A stretch of 64,000 bases of DNA from Squalus acanthias. Lineage: Eukaryota. Positions 24,099 to 38,200 of this stretch are shown here, piece after piece; positions within the stretch are counted from its first letter, which is position 1; every line of letters begins with the position of its first letter. A model generated the notes under the pieces. The model did no database searches. It had not been told where the DNA came from and saw nothing but the letters and a program-made list of their open reading frames with translations. The position numbers and the translations under genes are program-made. The stretch is from NCBI GenBank assembly GCA_030390025.1, contig CM059425.1, positions 166,844,001-166,908,000 on the forward strand, read 5' to 3'.

Positions 24099-24536
24099 AA
24101 TTCTAGATTTTGGTACGGCTAACTTTAATGGGATGGGACAGAGGCTGACGACAGCAAACTGGTCAAAACTGTTGTTGGGTAAAACTACAGATGAATAGTG
24201 GGAGGTGTTCAAAAAATAATTTTGCTTACTACAGGACCGGTATATAAACCTAAGGGACAAGAGCTCTACTTACCAAATAAAAAAGCTGTGGTTAAAAAAA
24301 GAGGTGAGAGATACCATAAAACTAAAGGAAAGAGCATACATTGGTGCAAAGAATAGTGTAGATTCTGGGGACTGGGAGTGGTATAAAGAACAGCAAAGGA
24401 AGAAAAAAAAGATAGTAAGTGCTGCAAAAGGAAAACAAAAAGAAAGCAAGTGATATCAAGGTTAACGTAAAACATTTTTACAATTATGTTAGAAGAAAAA
24501 GGGCAGTTAAGGGTAACACGGGCCCTTTAAAATTTA

Positions 24537-25810
24537 CCAATAACCTGCTCACTGATGCCCAGTTTGGGTTCCGCCAAGACCACTCGGCTCCCGACCTCAT
24601 TATAGCCTTGGTCCAAACATGGACAAAGGAGCTGAATTCCAGAGGTGAGGTGAGAGTGACTGCCCTTGACATCAAGGCAGCATTTGATCGAGTGTGGCAT
24701 CAAGGAGCCCTAGCAAAACTGAAGTCAATGGGAATCAGGGGGAAAACACTCCACTGGCTGGAGTCATATCTAGCACAAAGGAAGATGGTTGTGGTGATTG
24801 CTGGACATCGCTGCCGGAGTTCCTCAGGGCAGTGTCCTTGGCTCAACCATCTTCAGCTGCTTCATCAATGACCTTCCCTCCAACATAAGGTCAGAAATGG
24901 GGATGTTCGCTGATGACTGCACAGTGTTCAGCGCCATTCACAACTCCTCAGATAATGAAGCAGTCCATGCCCGCATGCAACAAGACCTGGACGACGTTCA
25001 GGCTTGGGCTGATAAGTGGCAGGTAACATTTGCACCACAGAAGTGCCAGGCAATGACTATCTCCAACTAGCGAGAGTCTAACCACCTCCCTTTGACATTC
25101 AACGGTATTACCATCGCCGAATATCCCACCATCAACATCCTGGGGATCACCATTGACCAGAAACTTAACTGGACCTGCCACATAAATACTGTGGCAACGA
25201 GAGCAGGTCAGAGGCTGGGTATTCTGCGGCGAGTGTCTCACCTCCTGACTCCCCAAAGCCTTTCCACCATCTACAAGGCACAAGTAAGGTGTGTGATGGA
25301 ATACTCTCCACTTGCCTGGATGAGTGCAGCTCCAACAACACTCAAGAAGCTTGACACCATCCAGGACAAAGCAGCCCGGTTGATTGGCACCCCATCCACC
25401 ACCTTAAACATTCACTCCCTCCACCACTGGCGTACCGTGGCTGCAGTGTGTACCATCTACAAGACGCACTGCAGCAACTCGCCAAGGTTTCTTCGGCAGC
25501 ACCTCCCAAACCCGCAATCTCTTCCACCTAGAAGGACAAGGGCAGCAGGCACATGGGAACACCACCACCTCCAAGTTCCCCTCCAAGTCACACACCATCC
25601 TGACTTAGAAGTATATCGCCGATCCTTCATCGTAGCTGGGTCAAAATCCTGGAACTCTCTCCCGAACAGCACTGTGGGAGTACCTTCACCACACGGACTG
25701 CAGCAGTTCAAGAAGGCGGCTCACCACCACCTTCTCAAGGGCAACTAGGGATGGGCAATAAATGCTGGCCTTGCCAGTGATGCCCAGATCCCATAAGCAA
25801 AAAAAAAAAC
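24537..25810 (+). mobile_element. 3' portion of a second non-LTR family (CR1-superfamily or RTE-X-like; clade uncertain)
   Basis: QFGFR, ALDIKAAFDRVWH, GVPQGSVLG, FADD and SLHHWRTVAAVC motifs, AATAAA and poly-A. Confidence 0.8.
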
Positions 25811-25871
25811 AGATGCAGGTAATATTGCAAATGAAAATAAGGAAATGGCACACTTGCTGAATAATTACTTT

Positions 25872-28129
25872 GGGGGGGAATTTTAACATGGGTATGCGGG
25901 TGGGATTGGGTGCGGGTGTGAGGGTTAAATGGGCAAAAATACCGAGCGCGTCAGGAAGCCAGCTCCGTTCAGCCAACTTCCAGGTTTAACTGAGGCGGGA
26001 CAAGGGGCAGGCATAAATATGTTAATGAGGCTGGAAGCCTTGTATTTAACCTGCTTTGTAGGTTTTACTGTGGTCGGGTGGATTTCCCGGTCCCCTGGCA
26101 GCTGCAGTGAGGTGACGACAGCCTCGGGAGAAGATAAGTGCCTTCACAGCACTCCTTGTGTGCCAGGAGGAGTAGGAGTGCTTCCTCCCGGCCCCATAAG
26201 CTCCCGCACCATCAGACACCCCATACAAACACCCCCAGGGATCGGAAACCACCCTCCCCCGGGTCGGGGATTGGAAACCCCACGGGATTGGACCCCCCCT
26301 GGGTTCAGACCCCACCCAAGGTCGAGGATCAGACCCCCTGAAGTCTGGGATCGGACCCCCCTGAAATCACCCCCCCCCCCCCCGTGACCGGACCCACTCT
26401 GAGGTCGGGGATCGGAATACCCCCCTGGATCGGATCCCAGCCAGGATCGGACCCCCTCCTGGGTCAGGAATTGGATCTAACCTGGTCCTGGGGCCTCCTC
26501 CGGCATGTTCCACGCAAGGGGTCAGGGGTTTCGGACTCCCCCGGGTTTGGGGATCGGACCTCCCCTGGGTTTGGACCACCCTGAGGTTGGGGATCGGCCT
26601 CCCCATAATCGGAACCCCGTAGAGTCAGGGATCGAATCCCCCCTGGAATCGGACTCCCTCCGGGGTCGGGGTTCGGACTCCCCTGGGGTCGGAACCCCCT
26701 GGAGCCAGGGATCGGACCCTCCCCGGGGTCGGACCCCCTCCGGGGTTGGATTCGGACTCCACCCAGGATTGGACCCCCTCCGGGGTCGGGGATTGGACTC
26801 CCCCCCGGGATTGGAACCCCTCCAGGGTCGGAGATCGGACTCCCCCCTGGGATTGGACCCCCCCCGGGGTCGGAGATCGGACTCCCCCCCGGGATTGGAC
26901 CCCCTCCGGGGTCGGGGATTGGACTCCCCCCCGGGATTGGACCCCCTCCGGGGTTGGGGATTGGACTCCCCCCCGGGATTGGACCCCCCCGGGGTCGGAG
27001 ATCGGACTCCCCCTGGGATTGGACCCCCCCCCGGGGTCGGAGATCGGACTCCCCCTGGGATTGGACCCCCTCTGGGGTTGGGGATTGGACACCCCCCCGG
27101 GATTGGACCCCCCCGGGGGTCTAAGATCGGACTCCCCCTGGGATTGGACCCCCTCCGGGGTTGGGGATTGGACTCCCCCCCGGGATTGGACCGCCCCCCC
27201 CCCCCGGGTCGAAGATCGGACTCCACCCGGGATTGGACCCTCTCCGGGGTCGGAGATCGGACTCCCCCTGGGATTGGACCCCCCCCCCCGGGGTTGGAGA
27301 TCGGACTCCCCCTGGGATTGGACCACCCCCGGGGTCGGAGATCGGACTCCCCCTGGGATTGGAACCCCTCCGGGGTTGGGGATTGGACTCCCCCCCGGGA
27401 TTGGACCCCACCCGGGGTCGGAGATCGGATTCCCCCTGGGATTGGACTCCCCCCCGGGATTGGACCCCCCCCGGGGTCGGAGATCGGACTCCCCCTGGGA
27501 TTGGACCCCCTCCGGGGTTGGGGATTGGACTCCCCCCCGGGATTGGACCCCCCCCCGGGGTCGGAGATCGGACTCCACCCGGGATTGGACCCTCTCCGGG
27601 GTCGGAGATCGGACTCCACCCGGGATTGGACCCTCTCCGGGGTTGGGGATTGGACTTCCCCCTGGGATTGGACCCCCTCCGGGGTTGGGGATTGGACTCC
27701 CCCCGGGATTGGACACCCCCCAGGGTCGGAGATCGGACTCCCCCTGGGATTGGACCCTCTCCGGGGTTGGGGATTGGACTCCCCCCCGGGATTGGATCCC
27801 CCCCAGGGTCGGAGATCGGACTCCCCCTGGGATTGGACCCCCCCCAGGGTCGGAGATCAGACTCCCCCTGGGATTGGACCCTCTCCGGGGTTGGGGATTG
27901 GACCTACCTGGTTCCTGCAGCCTGCTCTGGAGTGCTCTGCGCCCGACTGGAAGCCAAGCCTGTCAATCAGGCTGACTTCTGAGCGGGGAACCTGTCAGGG
28001 TACAAATGTTAAAGTTAAAACTCCACTGCTTGCACATAAACCCAGACTACCGGAATTCCCATCCAAAACTGCCCCACCCCCCGCCAACTGCCCCCACTTA
28101 CATAACCCGCCCCAGTAAATATCCAGCCC
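25872..28129. mobile_element. Harbinger-like non-autonomous element carrying an expanded minisatellite
   Basis: Imperfect GGG..CCC termini and 3-bp TSD TTT. The host CR1 is restored on removal (AATTACTTTGTGTCAG). Confidence 0.75.
26240..27903. repeat. GC-rich minisatellite (GGGATTGGACCCCC / GGGGTCGGAGATCGGACTCCCCC variants)
   Basis: Units of about 17-22 bp. The left part is divergent and 26760-27900 is homogeneous. Confidence 0.95.
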
Positions 28130-29809
28130 TTTGTGTCAGTCTTCACAGTAAAGGAAGAGGATAATATACCTGACATTCCAGGGAAACCAGTAACGAATCA
28201 AGGGACTGGAACTCACTAAAGTTAACGTAAGCAAGAAAACAGTATTAGAAAACATGGCAGAAAAGACTGACAAATCCTCAGGATTTGATGGTCTCCACTC
28301 CAGTGTTAAAGGAAGTAGATGAGGAAATTGCAGATGCTTTAGGCATAATCTTCCAAAGCTCTCTCGATTCAAGCATTGTCCTTTTAGATTGGAAAATTGC
28401 AAATGTAACTCCATTGTTTAAGAAAGGCGAGAGAAACCAAGATATTATAGAACTGTTGGTCTAACATCTATTCTGGGAAGTTACTATAATCTATAATTAA
28501 GCACAGAGTGACTGAGGAATTAGAGAAATTTAAGCTGATTAGAGAGAGCCAACATAGATTCGTAAAGGGTAGGTCTTGCCTGATGAACCTAATCAAATTT
28601 TTTGAGGAAGTAACTAATGTAGTAGACAGGGGAATGTCTATGGAAATTGTTTGTATGGACTTCCAGAAGGCAGTCGATAAGGTTCCACATAAAAGATTGT
28701 TAGCTAAAATTATAGCTCATGGGAATTTAAAACAATTTATTGGCCTGGTTAGGAGATTGGTTAGACGGTAGAAGTCAGAGAGTAGGGATGATGGGTAGGT
28801 ACTCGAATTGGAAGAAGTGACTAGTGATGACTTACAAGGATCTATGCTGGGGCCTCAACTATTCACCATATTTATTAATGACTTAGATAACACAATAAAG
28901 AATCATATATTCAAGTTTGCTGATGACACAAAGATTGGTGGCATAGTAAGTAATGTAGATGGGAGCATAAAATTACAAAGAGACATTGATAGATTAAGTG
29001 AGTGGGCGAAACTGTGGCAGATGGATTTCAACACAGCTAAGTGTTGGATCATCCATTTTGGAATAAAAAAGGATAGAGCCGAGTATTTTTTAAATGGTGA
29101 AAAGCTAGGAACAGTAGAGATCCAAAGAGATTTAGGGGTCCATGTACACAGATCACTAAAATATAGTAGTCAAGTATAAAAAATAATCAAAAAGGCTTAT
29201 GGAATATTAACCTTTATAACTAGAGGGTTGGAATACAAAGGGGAGGATGTTTTGCTACAGCTATACAAAGCCCTAGTTAGACCACATCTGGAGCACTGTG
29301 TACAGTACTGGACACCGCATCTTAGAAAGGATATATTGGCTTTGGAAGGTGTGCAGTGTTAGATTATCAGGAGAAATTGCATAAACTAGGCTTGCATTCC
29401 CTGGAATATAGAAGGTTAATGGGTGATTTGATTGCGGCTTTTAGGATTTTGAAAGGAATTGATAGGGTAGATAGAGAGATTTTTTCCGCTGGTGGGGTAG
29501 TCTAGGACAAGGGGACATAACCTTAAAATTGAAGCCAGACCATTCAGGAGAGAAGTTAGGAAGCCCTTCTTCATGCGAAGTGTGGTAGAAGTGTGGAACT
29601 CTCTCCCACAAAAAGCAGTAGATGCTAGCTCAATTAATCATTTTAAATCTGAGATTGATAGATTTTTGCTAGACAAGGATTTTAAGGGATATGGAGCGTA
29701 GGCGGGTGGATGGAATTTGGATACTCAGCCATGATCTCATTGAATGGTGGAATAGGCTTGAGGGCCTGAATGGCCTACTCCTGTTCCTATGTTCCTATTC
29801 CTATGGAAC

Positions 29810-31058
29810 CAGCATCCCATCCCAGCCAGACTTTCCAGCCCTATGTGTGCCCCTAATGGCATAGCTACTGCAGAATCAGTAGAGGTCAAAATCCTGATTT
29901 TCCACTCCCTCAACAACACCAACAACAACACCACCTTCTCTGCAATGACCTGATGCTGCACAGGACAGAGGGCATCAGCACCCAAGTACATTGCTGCCCA
30001 GGAGGCCAGGGATGGCCTCACCATGGTCAGATTTACTTCACTTGACGCTGTACACCTTGGCTGCCACATGATGCGCCAGGTTGGCACCACCCCACACCAA
30101 CACCATAAAGCATCCCTACAATGCCCAAGCCATTCCTTTCACACTCACCAGCATTGCGGGGGGTACCATTATGTCTCACCATTCACGGCAACTCACTAAG
30201 CCACTTCCAAAGGAGCACACAAATCTGTCCAAGAATGCAAAGTGTTGAAAATAAAGGTTTCAATGTTTGATACCACATTAACAGAAACTTTACATGGACA
30301 TTGCATAAAACACCCAATTGGCTACTCTTGTGTGTTGTTAGTTGGTATGATTGCACTAGGATGAGGGTGAGTGTGAAGGGTGGCTAGTGAGATGGGGATG
30401 TGATAATGTAGATAGAGAGAGAGGAATGGGTGGAGGTGCAAGGTAAGTTGGTGTGAGTAAGGATGTGCAGGAGTAGGGTAGGGAAGGCAGAGTGCTGGGG
30501 AGGTAATGAGAGGCACAGCAGGATGAGGTTGAGTGTGGCTTTGTACTAACATTTCCTGATCTAATGAGATCGTTGAAAGGTTTGCACCACTGCACCCAGG
30601 TCCTCCTGAACACATCACTGCCTGTGCCCTCCTGTGCAATGTGCAACCAAGCTGTCTTGGTCTCCTGGGGAGGTCTCTTCCACCCATCGGAAGGGAAGAG
30701 GACCTCCCTGCGGGCTCTGACTCCCTACATAAGCATATGGAGGGAGTCATGGCAGAACCTGGGTGCAGCCCTGCACCTCTGTGCAGTCATTGTCAGTGTT
30801 TGCAGCACTTCAATGTTGCAGAACACTGACAACACAAATGTCAAAATAAAGTTGGCCATGGTCCCTTTAAGGAAATCGGGCTGATGACGCGTCATGAAAT
30901 TACATCCTCTAATTGGCCCGGGAAACACGCTGGGCGGGCTTAATAAACCCTTTCAACGGAAAGTCATTTCACAGAGCGGGATGGAGCCAACAGTGGGGTC
31001 GGGACCTGCCACCGACGTCCCCCGCCACGGACCCGCCGAGGTAAGTAAAATCGCAGTC
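29810..31058. mobile_element. Harbinger right-arm remnant: transposase C-terminus (+) and Myb/SANT-like exon (-)
   Basis: 29990-30035 resembles 45355-45405. The minus-strand translation RRTWVQWCKPFNDLIRSG at about 30550-30790 is Myb/SANT-like. Confidence 0.6.
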
Positions 31059-31060
31059 AG

Positions 31061-33915
31061 AATTTTTTGTTTCATAAAGTACCCCATATTAGGCTTGTTA
31101 GCAAAATTGAAGCCCATGGGATAAAGGGGGCGGTGGTTGTGGCTAATGGATAGAAAACAGAGTTGTAGTGAATTGTTGTTTTTTGGATTGGAGAGTGGCA
31201 TTCCCCAAGGTTCAGTACAAGGACCACTGCTGTTTTTCATATACATTAATGATTTGGACTTGGGGGTACAGGGCACAATTTCATAATTTGCCGATGAGAC
31301 GACACTTGGAAGTGTATTAAACAGTGAGGAAGATAGTAATAGACTTCAAGAAGACATAGACAGGCTGGTGGAATGGGCGGACACATAGCAGATGAAATTC
31401 ACTGCAGAGAAGTGCGAGGTGATATATTTTGGTAGGAAGAATGAGGAGAGACCATACACACTAAATGGTACAATTTTAAAGGGGGTGCAAGAACAGAGAG
31501 ACCTGGGGGTGCTTGTGAACAAATCTTTGAAGGTGGCAGGACAGGTTAACAAAGCAGTTAATAAAGCATATTGGATCCTGGGCTTTATAAATAGAGGCAT
31601 AGAGAACAAAAGCCAGGAAGTTATGCTAAATCTATATAAAACACTAGTTCGGCCTCAGCTGGAGTATTGTGTCCAATTCTGGGCACCACACTTTAGGAAG
31701 GATGTGAAGGCTTTGGAGAGGGTACGGATGAGATTTACTAGAATGGTTCCAGGGAAGAGGGACTTCAGTTACGTGGATAGACTAAAGAAGCTGAGGTTGT
31801 TCTCCTCGGAACAGAGAAAGCAAAGAGGAGATTTGATAGAGGTGCTTAAAATCATGAAGGGTTTAAATAGAGTAAATAAGGAGAAACTGTTTCTAGTGGC
31901 TAAAGGGTCGATAACAAGAGGGCACAGATTTAAAGTGATTGGCAAAAGAACCTGTAAGGTTTCCAAAATTTGCAGATCCTCAAAACCTAAGGGAAAAGGA
32001 CTTTGGAACTACCTCAGAGTGATAAAAAATGCATTTGGGCCTAACCTAAGGAATATAAGACCAAAACCCAAGTTTTGGCATTTTTAAAACATGTCTGGGC
32101 CTGTAAAGGGAGAAAAGGCTGTGAAGGAAGTTGGGCACAACCTCTGTAAAAGCAGTTTGGGTATTGCAGTTAATTGCAATGTCTGGGGAACCGGGATGAC
32201 CTCACTCAAAGCCCCAGCACACATTAACATTTTGACAATAGACCCTAGGAGAAGACTGTCCCACCCAAAACAATAGGTCCCATCAAACCGATTACAGGGC
32301 CCATCAAGAAACATGCAGAATACAGAGCACCCAGGACTAGGCTATAGATCAGCCTAGGAACCCAAAACACAAAACCAATCACCAGCAATCAGCCAAGAAG
32401 ATCGACAGGATGCAAACCATCCCAAAAACCCATTTGACACTTACAGAGCAGTTACTGGTAGCAAGCCCGCCAAATTCAAACAATGAAATGAACAGATTTG
32501 GCGGGTAGATAAGGCCATATTCAATGGGTCAGATTGAAGGCCTGTTAAAACCCAGTTAACGTGCTAGTAAATCATTACCGATTTACGAGCCCGCCAAAAC
32601 TAGACAATGAACTGAACAGATTTGGCGGGTAGATAAGGCCACTTCAATTCTGTATAATTAAAGGCCCACCAAGCACACACCGAGCTAGCTGGAAGAGAGA
32701 GAAACAACACAGTCCAGCGTTCGTTGGGTCGAGCAGTCAGTCGCAACTGGTGGTTATCAGAAGGAGGAGAGACCAAGAAGAAGAAGGCCCGAGCTGGAAG
32801 CGAGTCGGCATCGCTCACCACTCAGACACACCTGAGTCCAGCTCGCGAAGACACCACCTCGACGGACCCCCAACAACGGCCCCAACACAGTCACCCGGAG
32901 CAACAAGCAGCAACAAGTCACCGACGGCTCCATGAGGTCAACCGACACACCAACCAAGGCCTAAAGCCATCGCGGAAACCAAAGGCCTCACGAAACCAAC
33001 AACCGCGCATTACCCCCAACTGACCAGGCCACCGCGACCAACAAAGACCAACTCCAGGGAAGAAAACCCGAAGAATCTCAAAGTTTTCACACTACCAACT
33101 ACTCCTGACTTACCCCTGGGTAAGATTTTCCCCAAAGACTCTAAGCCCTACTGCTGAACTAAAGAAATTGGGTACTCACCAGATAAATCCATAACGACAT
33201 CCTACCGCATCAGCGGACTCGCGAAGACTGACCAGAGACCCAGGTGAAGTCCTCTACCGCGTACGGGGTATGGCAGACACTAACCGCCATAAACAGCGAA
33301 CCCCAAAACCGCGATTTAGCCCAACTGTCAAAGGATTGGTGAGCATTATCCCTGGTCCTTCAAAACCTAACTTAGCTAGTAAAGTGGGGTTGGGAGGGGT
33401 GAAGTATTGTTCTACTGTCATTTCCCTCGCTTGTACCGAAGTGTTCCCCACCTTTAGAGTGTTAAGAGTGTTATTATTTGTGTCTTGCCTTTTAATAAAG
33501 ATTGAAGTTCTTTCATCAAACTCAGTTGTCTGCTGCACCTTTTGTATCACAACCCCCAAATAAGTCCAATGTCTAGAACCAAGGAAGTGGGAGCGATTCG
33601 ATCTGCTCAGAAGTCAGAGGTAAAGCTGACACAAAACCACCACCCCCTACAAATCAGAGGCAACATGAGGGAAAGCATTTTTATGCAACGCGTGGTTAGG
33701 ATTTGGAATGCACTGCCTGATAGGGTGGTGGATACAGATTCAATAGTACCTTCAAAAGTGAATTGGATAAATACTTGAAGGAGAAAAAATTGCAGGGATA
33801 TGGGGAAAGAGCGGGGAAGTGGGACTAACTGGATTGGTCTTCAAAAGAGCTGGTGCAGACTCGGTGGGCCGAATGGCCTCCTTCTGTGTTGTACTATTCT
33901 ATGGTTCTATGATTT
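31061..33915 (+). mobile_element. CR1 LINE 3' part, split by a solo LTR
   Basis: RT C-terminal ORF 31392-31952, resuming at 33652, with a (TTCTATGA/G) tail. Confidence 0.88.
31953..33651 (+). mobile_element. Solo LTR, 1699 bp
   Basis: TGTA...TACA ends, TSD AACC/AATC, internal direct repeat, AATAAA at 33494. Confidence 0.85.
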
Positions 33916-35242
33916 TTGCAATTGTTAAAGGTGAGTACTATGATTGTTAAATGCTTATTCTTAGATCTGTATTATGTCCTCTTCTTCTACTAAAAGCCTA
34001 TAAGCCATATTTTGAACTGTTCAGTGTAAGACCAGATACTGGCAGTAATGGTGTACAGTTGTCAATTGTGCTCCATGTTTACTGGCATTGGGTTTTAACT
34101 TAATGCCAACAGAAAATTAAGCCATGCCACCAGAGGACGGGTAAAACTCTTCAGATTTACCACTTTAATAAGCAGAAATATGCCTTTCAACCTTTCAATC
34201 TTTGCAAATAATGAGATACAAAGCACAGAACACCCTGTTCAGGGAAATTAATTTTATATATTGTATACCCAGTACAAAAAAATGAAACATGAATCCTTCG
34301 GAACAGAAATAATGTTGTCCGCCACAGAAGCCTGTCAAATGACATGGGATTCTTGCTACTGAAGTTAATAAACACTAATGGATCTCCTGGAGTGCAGTTT
34401 CTGATGTTTGCTGTGGTCCCACTGCAGCTTAACGGCAGCAGCAGTTTGCCCATCACTATAATACAGCAAAGTTACTGAAACATGATTGACATGAGATAAA
34501 GGTATTCTCCACCTTACTGATACAGAAAGATATAGGCCTCACGGATAGAATATTTATATTTTATTTTCTTACCTATCTGCAAAACTTACTTAAGATGCAA
34601 TTATTCCCAGAAACTAGTGGCCCTGAGTTTCCGGGACGCTCCCAAACCTTTCTTTCTTTGCTCAATTATTTATATAACAAAACAAGTATTTTTTCGCCCC
34701 TTTACTTCCCACAGTTGATTTGTCATTTTTGCTGCAGCTGCTGTTGGTGTGACACTAACAAGAGACGTTTTCCCATTGGCAAGTCTACTTTGAATTTTTT
34801 TAGCGGCGCCCTGCTTTGGTGCACCTATTTCAGGAGGACTTCCAATTCTTCAGTATCAAAGGAAGAAAGCAAAGATTTGCACCGGAAAAATTAGTCTGTC
34901 CTTTCTCTTTGCAGACCTGACTGATCTGTTGTTTTTCATTTCCAGCATCTTTTGCTTTGTTTTAGATTTCTAGTACTTTCCCTCTTGTTTTGTTATTTCA
35001 GTGGTTTCCCACGTGCCTCCATTGTGCCAGTCTACTTTTCTGCCACCACAGCAACTTACTTTTTAATGCACAGCTGCAGCTCTTTCAGAACTGCTGCCTC
35101 AATAGCATTTACACTCTACAGTCAGTGTGCTACAGGCCGAGTTCGCTGGGTAAGCTTTTATGCACCACTTGCCTGGTTAAAGTAGAGGATGCGTCTCCCA
35201 ATACAAGCTTCAGAACTACAAAGAACTGTCACAAGTGAATTA

Positions 35243-38200
35243 ATCATAGAATCATAGAAATTTACAGCACAGAAGGAGGCCATTTGGCCCATCTTGTCCA
35301 TGCCGGCCGACAAAGAGCTCCCCAGCCTAATCCCACTTTCCAGCACTTGGTCCGTAGCCTTGTAGGTTACGGCACTTCAAGTGCTTATCTGTAGAATTCG
35401 CAAAATTATCGCGATTTTATAATAATAAGAAGGAGACATAAAGTCTCGTATAAACAGCTTTATTTCAGCAAAATGCTGTCATGTTTCAAAAAGGACACAA
35501 GCAGCCTGTAAAATGGCCACCACGCCTCGTGGCAGAAGGTTCTAGACTTTCAGTAGGCAGACAAGATGGCGTTTCAATAAACATTTCAGCAAGATCGGAC
35601 AGGACTCAGCACATTTAAGATAATGACAAGACGCGATGGTTTTGCATTTTTAAACATAAATACTGGAATCGGTCTTCCAGGTACAAACAAGGGCTATTGT
35701 ACTGGGCGATCAAGGACCCATCCAAAGACATTGATATGCAAAATCCCCACGACTCTACGATGAGAGAGCTGTTCGTGGGTACTCACAGCAAGCATTTGGA
35801 AGCCCCCAAAACCCCTCCAGGGAGACTACTAGCCGGTTCCACAATGGGAGAAATATTAACGGGTACTCAAACAGTTACAAGTGTCACCGAAACCCATTAA
35901 CGACAAGTACCACCCCATACAAGAAGTTTGAGCGCCAAAACATGACAAAAGATGAACATTTAGATTGGGCGGGAGATAAGGAATTACAGTACTATAACTG
36001 TAGTGTCCAAACGCCCATCTTTCTCTTATCCTCTGGCTGTTCATCGTGCGCTTATTCTTTACCACCGACTGGGGCTCTGGACTCTCATTCTCTGATCCAC
36101 TGATTTTCCGGGAGTCAACCTCGTGGCTTGCCGCGAAGATCTGTGGAGAACTGGACTGTGAAGGCCGATAAGCAGGCGCACCATCCCGAGAAGTCGGTAA
36201 ACGGTGTTGAAACCGAAGGCCCGAGAGGAGATGAGATGAGAAGAGAAGAAGATGACTACACGTGCCGCCGCGGTCAGTAAACCCCGACCATGCCCAAAAA
36301 TCGATTAACCATTTCTTCGAATTCTATCGGCTACTCCACAACTGGTGTCGGTCCAGAAAGACTTTTCTTTGAATTTTACCGGCTAACTGGTGCCGGGCAT
36401 AGGGAGACTCTTCTTTGAGTTTTATCAGAGTTCCGAGGTCAACACAGATCTTCATGACAGCAGACGGTCTAGCCTGCTAGCCGGAGCAGAAGCGAGTAAA
36501 CAAGTGGGGTACAGAGACCCCTGATCAACACGTGGATAGTCAGGTGCTGTGGTGAAAACATCCGAGCAGAGTTTCGGAATTCTCCGAGTTATCACGAGTG
36601 GTGAGCATGAGTCTCGATCCTACAAATCTAGATTAGGACAGGTATTGATAGGGGAGGGTTTTTGTTTTAAGGATAATTATAATGTGTGTCCCCTTTTTCG
36701 ATGTGTCGTGCGCTCCTCGTTTCCCTAAACCTAGCTGCATAAATGTATGTAAGTTTGTACTGTCATTAATCTGTGCTTATGACATGTATTTCGTAATCTT
36801 GAATAATATGCAATAAAGATTTTCCATTTCGCACTATTCAACCGGGTCTACCTGAGTTTTCTCTGCATTATTGCTCTCGCACCTAAGTCCAGTGTCAGAA
36901 CCGTAAGGACGAGTGGGTCGAACCACTCACAGGTGTCTAGTGTTACCAGGCTGGCTGGAGACCAGAACAGGCAACAAGGCCTAACCCCGCACTAGCACCC
37001 AGGCTAAGCACAGAGCCACCCGAAACCCCTTACATATCCAAGTACTTTTTAAATGTGATGAGGGTCTCTGCCTCTACCACCCTTTCAGGCAGTGAGTTCC
37101 AGACCCCTACCACTCTCTGGGTGAAAAAAATTCTCCTCAAATCCCCTCTAAACCTCCAACCAATTACTTTAAATCTATGCCCCCTGGTTGTCGACCCCTC
37201 TGCTAAGGGAAATAGATCCTTCCTATCCACTCTATCTAGGCCCCTCATAATCTTATGCACCTCAATCAGGTCTCCCCTCATCCTCCTCTGTTCCAAAGAA
37301 AACAACCACAGCCTATCTAATCTTTCCTCATAGCTAAAATTCCCCAGCGCAGGCAACATCCTCGTAAATCTACTCTGCACCCCCGCTAGTGCAATCACAT
37401 CCTTCCTGTAATGTGGTGATCAGAACTGCACGCAGTATTCTAGCTGCGGCCTAACTAGTGTTCTATACAGTTCAAGCATAACCTCCCTGCTCTTATATTC
37501 ATTGCCTCGGCTAATAAAGGCAAGTATCCCGTATGCCTTCTTAACCACCTTACCTACCTGTCCTGCTATTTTCAGTGATCTGTGGACATGCACTCCAAGG
37601 TCCCTCTGATCTCTGCACTTCTCAGTGTCCTACCATTTATTGTGTATTCCCTTGCCTTGTTAGCCCTCCCAAAATGCATTACCTCACACTTCTCCGGATT
37701 GAATTCCATTTGCCACTGTACTGCCCACCTGACCAGTCCATTGATAGCTTCCTGCAGTCTACAGCTTTCTTCTTCATTATCAACCACACAGCCAATTTTT
37801 ATATCATCTGCAAACTTCTTAATCATACTTCCTACATTCAAGTCCAAATCATTGATATATACCACAAAAAGCAAAGGACCCAGTACTGAGCCCTGCGGAA
37901 CCCAACTGGAAACAATCTTCCAGTCACAAAAACATCCTTCGACCATTACCCTTTGTTTCCTGCCTCTGAGCCAATTTTGGATCCAACTTGCCACTTTGCC
38001 TTGGATTCCATGGGCTTTTACTTTCGTGACCAGTCTGCCATGCGGGACCATGCTATGTACTGGCTAAAAACGTTCTCCTGAATGCATTTTAAGAATTCTG
38101 CTCCCTCTATACCTTTCACACTAATTTTATCCCAGTTAATATTAGGGAAGTTGAAATCCCCTACAATTACTGCCCTATTTTTGCACGTCTCAGAAATTTG

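Larger units (their letters stand above)
24101..29800 (+). mobile_element. Old CR1 LINE in three pieces (24101-24536, 25811-25871, 28130-29800)
   Basis: Degenerate ORF2 fragments (KGRSCLMNL, FADD) and a 3' stem-loop with tail at about 29730-29800. The pieces are collinear across two insertions. Confidence 0.8.

Noticed and set aside
26240..27903. CRISPR-like array
   Set aside because: No unique spacers and no cas genes. It is a eukaryotic tandem repeat.
26505..28118. Long Pro/Gly-rich ORFs (up to 537 aa) on both strands
   Set aside because: They arise from a stop-poor minisatellite open in several frames. Not collagen (no Gly-X-Y periodicity).
31392..32087. CR1 ORF with a novel C-terminus
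   Set aside because: Read-through into the solo LTR that starts at 31953.
34187..34456. Possible host exon on the minus strand
   Set aside because: An acceptor-like site is present, but no frame gives a recognisable protein and there are no partner exons.
34850..34980. Second hammerhead/Penelope pLTR copy
   Set aside because: Faint similarity to 43276-43408, but the CUGANGA core is lost.
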